Assembly (NCBI GenBank): GCA_004431415.1
Contig: QPMI01000038.1
Span: 62,001-126,000 of the forward strand
DNA from: Cyanophora paradoxa CCMP329
Lineage: Eukaryota > Plantae > Glaucophyta
Direction of reading: 5' to 3'
DNA length: 64,000 nt
The notes beneath the pieces were generated by a model. That model searched no databases and was not told the DNA's origin. It saw only the letters and a list, made by a program, of their open reading frames with translations. The number at the start of each line of letters is the position of its first letter. The stretch's first letter is position 1. The position numbers and the translations under genes were made by a program. Shown here piece by piece: positions 53,374-64,000 of the stretch.

Positions 53374-56300
53374 ATGCCCCGAATTAGCAACAGACTCATT
53401 AGAGAGAAGAAATGGGAACTCATGGGATTACTTGGAACACTGTATGCAGCCCATGAAATCACAGAAGCTGAATATGACCGGGAAATCGGATTTATTTCAA
53501 GGGGCAGACCCACTTTAGCAAAATTAACCAGAAAAGCCAATAACCTCTATGAAAAAGTTGAGACTCTTGATGAATTGGATCGCCTGAGGCGAATAGAACC
53601 AGAGGCAGAAGATGGTACAGCAATGAATGAATTATATCGCTGGCTCACTTACAGAGCCAGAAGGGAAGTTGTTGTAGATGTGATTGAATATCTAGATAGA
53701 ATTGCAACCTCTCTTCCAAAACGTTTAAGAGACAGTCTAGATCAATTCAGGGCAATCAAAGTTCGCTTATCGTTTATCTGCAAGTTCGTAAAAGTCAGCA
53801 ATCCACAGGTTTGGATATCGAAATACATTTACAGTGATTATTTTGTATTAACCAAATCGAGAAATATTCGAACTGAGCTGAATAAAGCAGCCCAAATGTG
53901 TCAGGAGCAGATGAATGTGGTTGATAGCTATCGACTTGAGAGAATCGAAATGCTCAGAGTGGCTATTATGAGTTATGCTCCAACTGGTGGCTGCTATGTT
54001 AAAACACCTGAATCAATTTCAGCCAAGAGAGCCACAGTGAATATTCGAAATATTGATGATTCTTGCTTCGAAAATGCCATTTTGGCATGGATCCATAGGA
54101 AAGATGTGAATTCCCACAAAAGAAGTGAGCTTACACAATATCGCAAATGGAAATACTCACCGACCACATACAATCCTTTGGCACTCAATTTCGACAATAT
54201 CCCATTCCCTGTTCCTTGTGATGCTGAAATCATTGATAAATTCGAATCTCAAAATGCAGGCATCAGCATAAACATATTTGGAATGGATCGAGATGTTATA
54301 TATCCCCTACATCAATCCAGTAACCCAGGTAGAAAGCAAAAGATTAATCTAATGCTCATTCATGATGATGAAGGGAATGGTCACTATATAACAATCATGT
54401 CCCTTTCAAGACTTCTCAGAGTTGCACTTGATAAAACCAAGGATCAAAAGTTACACTACTGTGATACATGTTTATCTCGATTCAGGTCTGAGGCTAAACT
54501 CACTGCTCATGTAGACTCAAACAGATGCATTGATTGGAGACTCTCAAAGGGAATCACACCAAAACCTGAGACCACCATAGAGTTTGGACTGAAAAACCTT
54601 AGGAAAACTGTGTGGCTTCCTGTTGTGGTTTACTGCAAGATTGAACATAGAAGCATCCCCATTGATGCATCAAAATCCAAGAGAGAAGTCTCAGCAGTCA
54701 ACCTGAGAGTAGTCACTGGGGCAGATGTTCAGGAGTTTCGATTTGAGGGGCAGGATCCAATGGGAGGTCTGTTTGAATGCTTGGAATCCAAAGCAAGAGA
54801 GCTAATTGACTTCCTGTTTACCAATATTCCCATGAATGAACTCACAGATGAGCAGAAAGCAATTTACAAGGCTACTAAACACTGTTACCTTTGCAGTGAG
54901 AGGTTCACCAAAGAGAACTTCAAATGCAGGGATCATGATCACCACACAGGTCATTATATTGCTCCTGCATGCAGAAACTGCAATCTCCATAGGAGAATCT
55001 CAAAGCAAACCAAAGTTGCAGTTGTTGTTGACCAAATGGATGACTGTGGGACATTCATTTTCAGAAAAATAGCAGGCATGGGTGATAAAAAGCGAATCGA
55101 AATCCTTTCGAAAAACTTTGATCAATACCTTTCATTGCAATGGGGTCTTTACAAGTTCATTGATGCAAGTAATTTTATGGACTTTGGGGCTGCTGATGTA
55201 AATGAGTTAATGAACAAATTCCAGGCTTTTAGAAGGCTTTCACACTCAGTATATGGACTTGACCCAGTTCATTATGTATCTGCACCTGGGTTATCTTGGG
55301 ATGCTATGCTTAGGACCACCAAGGCAAAAATAGAGCTAATAAGTGATGTAGAGCAATACGAATTTGTTGAGAGGGGAATCAGGGGTGGCTTTGCAACAAT
55401 GCCTTGTAGGTATGCTGAGGCTGATGGTGAGAACTCCCATATTATGCTGTTTGATGCTAACAACTTGTATGGCTACTGTTTGAGTCAGCCAATACCCGTT
55501 GGTGATTTTAGATGGGAGACAGAATTCAACCCACAAGATAACAGATCCAGTTTCCTAGAAGTTGATCTGGATTACCCAATTAGGCTGTTTCTAGATCACA
55601 GTGATTTCCCCCTAATTATAAACAAGAAAATAGTAGAATATGCGGAATTATCACAATATCAAAAGAGCCTATTAGATCTCTCAGGAGAAGAGCTTGATAA
55701 AACCCCAAAGCTAACTGCAACCTTTGGTTCTGTGACCAACTATGTGATTTCTGAGCCTCTTCTGCAATATCTGTTGGAGAAAGGGGTGAAAATTAAAAGG
55801 GTTCACAAGGTCCTATCATTTACTGTGGCTCCTGTAATGAAACCCTACATTGAGCTGAACACTGATATGAGAAGGAAAGCAGTGAATAAATTCGAGGCTG
55901 ATTTCTATAAGCTCATGAATAATTCAATCTATGGGAAATGCATTGAATCATGTAGAGGTAGATCTGTGGTTAAGATTGCCAACACTGAGAAGCTATTTAT
56001 GAAATATGCAGCCTCTCCTTTAGTGAAATCAACAAGTCCCATAAGTGAAAGGGCAGTTGCATTTGAGTTTTACACAAAACATGTGAAGCTAGATAAGCCT
56101 GTTGCTATTGGGGCTTATGTTTTGGATGCTGCCAAACTGCATAACTACAAGTTCTTCTATGATACTGTAAGGTCCCAGTGGTCAAAAGCAAAGTTACTAT
56201 TCCATGATACTGATTCCTTTTGTCTATATATCGAATCTAAGACCCTTGAAACAGATATAGAGAATATATCCTATGCATTAGACCTTGGAGGTGATTCCAG

Positions 56301-56543
56301 AATGACCCCAGGTAAATACAAAAATGAGATGCCAGGTTCTGCAATCCTGGAGTATGTAGGTCTGAGAGCCAAAGTTTACAGTTTCAGAACAGCTGAGATT
56401 GAGAGAAGTAAGCTATCTGGGACTTCCACTGAGGAACTCCAATTCAATGATTTTAAGGAGTGTTTATTTGCAGGTATCAGCAAGACTGTGACTGCAAAGC
56501 AGAAGAGAAGGGCAGATCACACAATAATAGATACTGTGAGTAG
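53374..56543 (+). pseudogene. pPolB, C-terminal ~25 aa displaced by LTR insertion
   Basis: DANNLYG, KLMNNSIYGK, HDTDS; alignment to the PLV-A pPolB stops at the LTR TG (56544). Confidence 0.93.
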
Positions 56544-56826
56544 TGTCGCATCCGACTTTACAGTGGATGCTCGATTGTGAGCCGCTAGGGCTCTAGATGA
56601 TGTATGCAGCCTTCGTGCTGCTAGGCCGACGGCGCCTAGGCTAGTTAGAGCGCCGCGGTCATTTGTATGCGTGTGTCGGGGTACGCCGTAGTTGGACGGG
56701 TACACCCTCAGTCTACCATCACGGTGGCTAACAGCAGCAGCACTCGCCAAACCCCGCCCTGCCGAGCTTGCACTCCGCACGGGCTTCTCGCGCGCACGAT
56801 TAGACACACTAATCTCGCACGCGACA
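56544..56826 (+). repeat. 5' LTR of copy B (283 bp)
   Basis: TGTCGC...GCGACA; about 95% identical to 9497-9779. Confidence 0.95.
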
Positions 56827-56851
56827 GGCGCCATTCTGCCGGAATCGAACC
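56827..56851 (+). other. Primer-binding site complementary to a tRNA 3' end (tRNA-Sec-like geometry)
   Basis: Reverse complement GGTTCGATTCCGGCAGAATGGCGCC reads as T-loop, T/acceptor 3' arm, G discriminator and CC; it lies directly after the LTR. Confidence 0.8.
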
Positions 56852-57316
56852 TTCAAGGGTCTGAGTCCGTATCGCTCTCCCCAGCCCCGCCGCGCAGCGC
56901 GCATCGCTGCGCCGCCTTGCCCAGTGTCTATTGGAGCCAGAGACCTGCTTTCCGCGCGAGCGCCGTCCCCACGGTTGCTTTGCGTTTGAGTGCGCCGCCC
57001 TGTACCGCTTGCGGTTGGACGGTAGTGCACCGGAAACGTCTCTAGTGCCTATCGCGGGCTTCGGGTCATCCCCAGACCGAAGCGCACGCGCCGAGCTCTC
57101 TCTCGAGAGTCTCATCATTGCCTGTCCCATCGCCGGTTGCGAGCAACCGTGCCACGGAGACTGCTGCGAGCAGCTCTCTAAGTGTCCCTGAGTCGCGCTC
57201 TTGCGTGACCGCGAGATCCCCGCGCCGGATTCTGCAGCGAGCTGCAGATCAAATCCCGCGCCTAGTGCTCTCCCCGGCATCTTGTTCTTGCGGCTTTACG
57301 TTGCAAAGAGAACAAC

Positions 57317-60109
57317 ATGTCAAACTCCTCGGAACTTCTTAGTTCTGAAGTCCGGAGCCAGCTGTCTGCGCTCGCGCATGTTGAGCCTGCGAAGGCCGAA
57401 CTTGCTGTGCAGTACGCCGCCCCCGGCGCCTCGGCTGTGGCTGATGACGATCCCGCGCGGATCGGATTCTTGCCCGCCCAGCCCCGCCTCGCCGATGGTG
57501 ACCGGTTCCGCAAGGACGTCCGGAACTATCAGTCGGCGCAGCCGACGAAGTATCTCTTTGGCCCCGACGCTGCCGGCGGCCAGGAGTATACTAAGTCCGA
57601 GGCTCTTGCCGGAGTGATCGTCGGGCGCATCCGCCCCGGCGCCCTCCGCGCCGTAATCGAGCGTAAGCGCGACCTCTATGAGGCCTCTATTGCTGGCCTG
57701 GAGCGTGACCGCGCTACGCTGCGGCGCCTTGAGCTCGTCCCGGCGAACTTGCGTTCTGCCGATGACGACGCCACGATCCTCGCGCTGCAGCAGAGCTGCG
57801 CGCGTGATGAGGCCTCAATCGTGGCCACGCGTGATGCGTACTTGCGTGCCCCCGGGCTGCTAGACACGATCACGGCGTGGATCCACAAGGCGCGCCCGCA
57901 CGCGGCCCGCCGGGCCCTCACTGAGCCCTACACGGGCGAGGATCCGCGCTCATGGCACGACTGGTTCTTGCCTCTCGTCCGGCACACGCTGCCGACGGGC
58001 CAGCGCCTCGCCGTGTACTACGCCGAGTGCCTGCGCACTGCGCTTGAGGCCCGTGCGACGAGCGAGGACCCGGAATATCAGAACCTTGATGTTCGGATGG
58101 CCGGGTTCGCGAAGCTGAACGAGCGCACGCTGCGCGAGTTCCTCACTGCGCTGGACCAGCGCATTCTCGCTCTGGACGGCGCCCTGTCGCCGCTCCAGCT
58201 GGACGATCTATTCCTCCAGGCATGCGAGACGCACGGCTGCCGTACCGTGCTGCCACCCCAGGCCATGGTCGCGCCCGAGGCGCCTGAGACCAAGCGCCCC
58301 CGCGTGCGCAAAATGGCCGTGGCGGCCGATGACGAGGACGAGCCTGACGAGGCCGTCCCGACGAAATCGGTGCACGCCGCCCCCGGCACCAAGGCGCCGC
58401 CGGGCGCCCCCGTTTCGAGCCGCCGGCACCCGGACGAGGAAAACCTGGGGTACCCGTGCACCACCACGACGCCATGCCCCCTGTGCATGCACGTGGAGAT
58501 GCCGGCCCTCGACCGCTGCCACTTTACGTGGAATTGCGCGTGGGGCACGGCCCCGTTCCCCGGCATCCCGTACGCCGACTGGGTGAAGGGGATCGCTGAG
58601 AAGCGGGCGGGCTTGAAGCGCCGCGAGCGCGCGACCCGCGAGGACGAGGGCCCCGACCGCGACGAGCGCGGGGACCCCGGCCCGAACCGCGGCGGTTACG
58701 CCCACCGCGGTGGACACCGCCAGGAGCCGTACCCCCGGGGCGGTTTCCAAGCCCGCGGCGGGTTCCGCGGCGGCGCCCGCAGCGGCTACGCCGGCGGCTC
58801 CGGCCGTGGCCCGGCCTCCGGCCCGAACCAGCGCCCGCTGGGGAAGGGTAAGGAGACGAGCGAGCAGGATGAGCAGCGAGGCTGCTGGACCTGCGGCTCG
58901 CTGGACCACATGCGCCGGGATTGCCCCTCCGCCCAGGGCAACACAGGAGGCGATCCGCCGCGCTCCGAGCCGCCGAACCCGGGCGCTGCCCACATGGCTG
59001 AATTCTTCCAGCATCTGCTGGTTCAGTCGCAGCAGCAAGCCCTGCACGAGGCCGCGCGTGCCGCGAGCTCCTCCTCGGCAGGCAGCAAGCCCGGCCCAGG
59101 CGCCCCGAGCGGCGACCCGTCGATCAAGTCCGTCCTCGTGATGCCCGTGGGCACTGAGACGGACATGGACCTCAGCGTCCCCGTCGCCGCCGTGCGCCAG
59201 CCGGCCGACGCCAGCGTCATCGCCGCCCGGGCGCGTGACCAGGCCGCCTTCGACGCGGCCGCCTCGACCCTCGCCGCCGGCGCCCTTGACGACGCCGCGC
59301 GTGAGACCGAGTTCGAGGCCGCCCTGCGCTTTGCCAGCCCGGCAAGCGACGATGGCTCAGGGGACTCGGAAATCGGCGAGACCGACGCCGACGGACTGAG
59401 CGTCCGCTCGGAGTCCGACCCCCTGGATCCCTGCGGCAAGGGCTCGGGTCTCGAATACGTCGAGAAAAAGCCAATGTCCGCGCCCACCGGGCTGCGGTAC
59501 ATGCCCGGCGACCACACCGAGAGCGTGCTCGTTGACTCGCAACGCGAGGGCAGCCGCTTCATTGTCCGCCGCATTGCCCCCCTGCTCATGCCACTCTCTA
59601 AGTGGTACGCGCTGCTGGCCTCGGAGCCTCGCGCGCTGTCGAGGGCCGTCGGGCTCCTCTTCACCAACGGCATGGAGGGGCATAAGCAAATCCCGCTTGT
59701 GCGCAAACTTGCCGGCGAGGGTACGATCGGCATCGTTGCCGATCGCTTCCTGGGCGCCTGCGGACTGAACCGCGCGGACCGTCTCCTCCTGGGTCGCTTG
59801 ACTCAGCGCACCGAGGTTAACAACCTCGCTTGCGTGATCGAGACTGCGGCCGTGGTCGCCCGCACGGACCACCGCCTGCATGAGGGCCCGGATTCCGGCC
59901 GCGCTATGCGTGCAATTCTGCGCGCGGCGTTCGCCCACCCGAGGACCCGGGCTCATGCTCTGGGGTCGGTCCCCCGCCTGACGACTCCGAAGTCGTCTGG
60001 CCCGATCTCGCCTTCGAGTTCGACACCGCGTCGCCGCGCGCGTGGGACGATCTGCTCGCCGCTTGGAGCAGCACGCCCCGAAGTCGGCATGCTGGGACCT
60101 CGCATCTGA
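57317..60109 (+). CDS. gag: Gag-like protein with RGG-rich region and CCHC zinc knuckle, extended by unknown sequence
   Basis: First long ATG ORF after the PBS; CWTCGSLDHMRRDC at ~58882-58923; RGG repeats upstream. Confidence 0.8.
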   Translation: MSNSSELLSSEVRSQLSALAHVEPAKAELAVQYAAPGASAVADDDPARIGFLPAQPRLADGDRFRKDVRNYQSAQPTKYLFGPDAAGGQEYTKSEALAGVIVGRIRPGALRAVIERKRDLYEASIAGLERDRATLRRLELVPANLRSADDDATILALQQSCARDEASIVATRDAYLRAPGLLDTITAWIHKARPHAARRALTEPYTGEDPRSWHDWFLPLVRHTLPTGQRLAVYYAECLRTALEARATSEDPEYQNLDVRMAGFAKLNERTLREFLTALDQRILALDGALSPLQLDDLFLQACETHGCRTVLPPQAMVAPEAPETKRPRVRKMAVAADDEDEPDEAVPTKSVHAAPGTKAPPGAPVSSRRHPDEENLGYPCTTTTPCPLCMHVEMPALDRCHFTWNCAWGTAPFPGIPYADWVKGIAEKRAGLKRRERATREDEGPDRDERGDPGPNRGGYAHRGGHRQEPYPRGGFQARGGFRGGARSGYAGGSGRGPASGPNQRPLGKGKETSEQDEQRGCWTCGSLDHMRRDCPSAQGNTGGDPPRSEPPNPGAAHMAEFFQHLLVQSQQQALHEAARAASSSSAGSKPGPGAPSGDPSIKSVLVMPVGTETDMDLSVPVAAVRQPADASVIAARARDQAAFDAAASTLAAGALDDAARETEFEAALRFASPASDDGSGDSEIGETDADGLSVRSESDPLDPCGKGSGLEYVEKKPMSAPTGLRYMPGDHTESVLVDSQREGSRFIVRRIAPLLMPLSKWYALLASEPRALSRAVGLLFTNGMEGHKQIPLVRKLAGEGTIGIVADRFLGACGLNRADRLLLGRLTQRTEVNNLACVIETAAVVARTDHRLHEGPDSGRAMRAILRAAFAHPRTRAHALGSVPRLTTPKSSGPISPSSSTPRRRARGTICSPLGAARPEVGMLGPRI

Positions 60110-63100
60110 GGCGAGTTGGCTTAGCGACTCTGATCGCTCGCCGATCTTGTCCCTTCTCGTCGCGTCCGCGTACCTGCTCGCCCAGCCGGGCTTGCAGTGG
60201 CCCCGCATACTGGCTGAGAATGCCAACGGGTATGACGTGGCGTTTGACCCGCGGGACTGGGACGAGACGCCCGATACCCCGGTCTCGCCGGCCCTGACGG
60301 GCTATCACGCGATGCGCTCGGCACTCGCCGCAGCCCGCGAGATCCTCCACGAGGACTGCGACTTCCACGCATACTGCGTGCAGTTGCTGCTGGCCATAAT
60401 CCGTTTCCGCACCCTCACGGTCGTTCCGGGGGCTCTGGGATTTGGCAAGAACAGCCTCTTTGAGTGGATCACCCCTCACGACGTGGCTCCGCCCGTCACT
60501 CAGTACCAAACGTATGCCGCAAGGCTGCGTGAGGTCGCCGGCGCTGCTTGCTTCGACAAGAGCTCCGAGGGCACCGTCGCCGCTCGCGTCCTGGCCACAC
60601 AGGCCGAGCGCCGCGCCCGCTGCGTGCGGGGCGAGCCCCCGCTCGTCAACCTTTCCGAGCTCGTCCAGCACGGCTCCGATTTGGACAAGTGGCGCGTTGT
60701 CTACGTGCCCGAGCGCGTCGCCGTGCAGCGCATGGCCCGGCTCATTGACCCGCGGCGCCCCGACGAGTTCAGCTCTCTGCTGTTCTCTGACTGGCTCCTG
60801 GGATTGGCACGTACCGCGCTGCCCCCACCGTCGTTGTGGACCGCCCCGTCGGTCCCGACGAGGGGCTCCGGTTCCGGCACCACCCGGACGCCGACCCCCT
60901 GATGCGCGGGCCTAGCATCGAGGCGTTCCTCGATCGCCGTTATCCGGTGCCCCGCCGCGATAACCATCGCGAGGTCGACGTGCTCGACCTGCTCGCCTCC
61001 CGCGCCGTCCCGCGCCTTGGTCCGCCGGACCTGGTGAAGAACGAGCGCCGCTCGAGCCCCGAGTTCCTGTGGCTCATGAAAGCGCTGCAAGGAGAAATGG
61101 ATTCCGCCGCTCGCAATGGCGAATTCACGTGGTGTGTGTTCGTCTGGGTCTGCTACTGCATGTCGCAGTCCGGCGTTTACGCCACCACGCTCCTTGATAA
61201 GCCGGCCCACCGCATGCGGTTGGTCTACGGCGAAGTGCGCCGGCGCTATAAGGGCCCCCACACCAACAGTTCGGTGTGGGACAAGCATAACGAAATCATC
61301 GCTTCGTGCGATGCGTTGGCCCGAACAGTCGCCACCACGCGCCGTGGCCGCGGCAAGCCGACTGCGGCAGCCGCCGGCACCACCGAGGGCCGTGGACGAG
61401 GCGGCTCGCGCGCCCGCCGCGGTGCCCCTGCTCGCCCGCCCGGCGACCGCGCCACCGCCAGCGGCAGTTCGGACCCGGGCTCCGGCTCGTCGGATGAGGG
61501 CGAGGGTGGCGCCGCCACGCCGCCTCCAGACGCCATGGAATCCGATGAGCATGCGGGTATTGATGCCGACGCCCGTGAGCGCATGTGGCACGCGCTCTTC
61601 GTCCGAAGCGGCATCGACGCAAAGCTCTTCGAGCTCGTCGGTTGCCCCGCCCCGTCGTCCAACTGGTCGACGTCGGTCGAGCACATGTGGCTCGCGAACA
61701 GTGGCCTCACGCAGGCCCAGAACCCGCTCCTGCTGCAAATCGAGCCCCACCCCGAACTCCAGGGCTGGCTCGCAGCAGAAACCGCGCAGCCCCCGTGGCG
61801 CCGGTTTAGCCACTTCCACGCAGACGCCTCGCGCGAGGCGTGGGAGCGACTTGAGCTGAGCGTGCCCCAGCGGCACCCCGCCAACGTGCGGTTCCTACGG
61901 CGCGCGGTTGCGTCGTTCGAACTTGCAGCCTGGAACTCGGGTCTCTTGACCCCGCGCCCTGAGCTCCCGACGGAGCCGGACCGGTGGACCTGTTCCCACT
62001 GGGACGCGGTTTTCCTGGACCGCTTTGAGTTCCACGTCTCCCGCCTGCCGGGATACTACGTCAATGACCGCTGGCGCGCGTCCCAAAACACGGGGCCCGG
62101 TCTTGATGTCGTTGAGCCCGTGCCTGCCCACGCACGCTGGCTGATGTCGTGCTGGTTCAGCGGACGCACTGGTCCGGGAACCGTGCCCTTTGTTCCGTAC
62201 TCGGAACAACAGCTGCCCGAAGAAGTTCGCTTCTTCTACGGGCGCGTCCGCGCGCTGCACCCGGGTTGCGAGGGTCTCGTCTGCGAGCTCGCCCCCATGT
62301 ACCCCCCGGACCTGAACATCTCCGAAGTTGTTCAGCGGGCCGCCGCAAAGATGGACGCGGACTCCTGGCTGAGCCAGGAGGTTCGGCTGTACGACAACGC
62401 CGTCGAAGGGGCCTCTTGGACCCTGGGCGAAATCGACTTCCCCGTCGAGGGCGCGGAAGTCGTCATCCGCTCTCTGCCGTTCGTGCGGTGGATCGACGAC
62501 TGGGCCGGCGCCGTTCGCGCGAACGAGCGCGACGCCGCGGGCGACACGCCCATGGTCGAGGCCACAGCCGCCGCCTCCGCCTCGAGCGCCGCTGCCGCCG
62601 GTCCTCCGAGCCCCCGGCTCCGGACCCGCAAGCCCCTCCGGGCTCGCGCACTTGGTACGACGGCACGCTCGAGCGCCTGCGGTACTGCGAAAAGTACTGC
62701 GTGCTGCTCCCGGACCCGCTCGGGGCGGGCTCCGCAACCAACACGTTGCCCGAGCAGCAGCCCTGGGGCGCAATCCCCGCCTCCGTACTCTCATGTACGG
62801 CGAGAACGGGCCACGGGACTGCGGCCCCGTGTTTAACCCGGGCACACACCTGCAAACGCGCTTCCACCCGGACGCGCTCGACGCCGATGCTGCTCTGCAC
62901 AGCCTCGCCTCGACGGTCCTTGGAAACGTCGAAGGGCATAACCGCGGCATCCCTGCCGCGATTTTGCTCTACGGGCCGCCGGTCCCGCCGACTCCGACCA
63001 CCCTCGAGGGTGCGGACGTCCAGGGCCTGCCCTACGTGCTCGCGATGATGGGGCTCGATGAGCACATCACTAAGTGGGTCTCCTCGGAGCCCGCTCTCCC

Positions 63101-64000
63101 GCTCCGTGAGGACGGGCCGATCACGAAGGCGTACGCCACGCTGAACACGGTCATGCACCACACGTGTCGCATGTCCTACGCGTACCTGCACCGGCCGCAC
63201 CAGTTCAACCCCCACGCGGGGCCGAACCGTGCACCACCGCGCAGTCGCGTGGTCGCGTTCAAGGACCCGCGCTTCGGCCGCAAGTTCGGCATCCGCGTAG
63301 TCGCGCAAGCCGACTCGCGCGTGCGCATGCTCGTCCCCGGCGAGCCGGTCCTAAGCTCCGAGCGTGCCTTCGCGGCTGAGCTCGATGCGAACGCCCTCGA
63401 CGTCCTCGGCGACGCCGCCGGGAAGAACGCCATCCGCGTCACGCTGGGCCCCGCCCACGTCGCGATGCAGTACCCCTCCGAGGCGGAGGCGCGTCGCCAG
63501 CTCGACCGCTTGCCGCCCCGCGTCTTTACGCTGGGGTACGAGTCCAGCCGGCCGCCGGTGAACCCGATGCACAAGGGACGCGGATGCACCCGCTCGTCTG
63601 CCCCATCGTCACCGAGAACGGCGCCACGTGGGCACCGCTGCCGACTCGTGAGTTCGTCGCATCCCTGCTTGCGGGTATGTGAACCACTTGGCCGGCTGGA
63701 TCCTCGGCCACGAGCTGCCTGAGCCCCGGCGCCCGGCGCCGGTGGCAGGGTACAACGTGCAGATGCACGTCGTGGGGCCGACCGCGGCCTATGAGTTCTT
63801 GCGGGATATCTGCTATCGCGGTGACCGCAATACTCTGAGCGCTGACAAGCGCGGTAGCCACATGCGCACGGTCGATGGTGACGAGCTTTACGCTGTCTAC
63901 CACACCGTCAAAGACAAAGTCCCTACGGACATTGTCGACGAGTACGCGGCCCTCGTTCTGGCCTCCCAGCTTCCGCTGGCGACCCTGTTCTGGTTCTCCA
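59960..64000 (+). pseudogene. Continuation of the retrotransposon polyprotein, unknown domains, several frameshifts
   Basis: Overlapping same-strand ORFs 60042-60902, 60836-62836 and 62652-63722 with protein-like composition; the end matches copy A's first ORF. Confidence 0.6.

Larger units (their letters stand above)
40306..56543 (+). mobile_element. Endogenous Polinton-like virus PLV-B (left end missing, right part displaced by retrotransposon)
   Basis: Same capsid, ATPase, helicase and pPolB gene set as PLV-A in opposite orientation; AT-rich; cut by an LTR at 56544. Confidence 0.92.
56544..64000 (+). mobile_element. Ty3/Gypsy LTR retrotransposon copy B (5' part; continues beyond window)
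   Basis: LTR, PBS, gag with CCHC knuckle; 63575-64000 is homologous to 1-430 of copy A. Confidence 0.93.

Noticed and set aside
9780-56543. Bacterial prophage or contamination
   Set aside because: Polinton-type pPolB and integrase, an A32 ATPase, no Shine-Dalgarno pattern, and clean junctions with eukaryotic LTR elements and satellites argue against it.
9497-56826. The two LTRs as ends of one 47-kb element with an AGCAG/AGTAG TSD
   Set aside because: The PPT precedes the left LTR and the PBS follows the right one, so both face outward. The 5-mers lie inside and belong to different viral genes.
56827-56900. tRNA gene on the minus strand
   Set aside because: Only the 3' 25 nt are tRNA-like, with no D or anticodon arm. 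Its position identifies it as a PBS.
2880-63700. Programmed frameshifting or ancient decay as the cause of split ORFs
   Set aside because: Breaks that can be checked against the sister copy (17715, 44925, 63675) are single-base losses in short homopolymers, with no accumulation of stop codons. Long-read errors are more likely, so the elements may be more intact than they appear.

Overview
Eukaryotic (protist-like, GC-rich host), repeat-dense window with no recognisable host genes. Layout: (1) 1-9779, the 3' part of a GC-rich Ty3/Gypsy LTR retrotransposon (protease, RT, RNase H, integrase, PPT, 283-bp 3' LTR). It sits inside the integrase gene of (2) an AT-rich endogenous Polinton-like virus, PLV-A (9780-24053), which carries pPolB, a PrimPol-D5 primase-helicase, an A32 ATPase, an MCP and two minor capsid proteins, and ends in a 95-nt hairpin. 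(3) 24054-39671, three satellite arrays (262, 142 and 169 bp units). (4) 40306-56543, a related, oppositely oriented PLV-B that also carries a fibre-like gene and a patatin-discoidin fusion. Its pPolB is cut by (5) 56544-64000, the 5' part of a second member of the same retrotransposon family. Most notable: a terminal hairpin whose mismatches are all G.A pairs under a GCGAAGC cap; P4-like TGTCACA iteron arrays tied to the primase-helicase; a pPolB lacking proofreading motifs in both viruses; and a ~17-kb Gypsy family that hit both viruses and whose primer-binding site has the geometry of a selenocysteine tRNA 3' end. All protein calls are from motif recognition by eye; no database searches were run.
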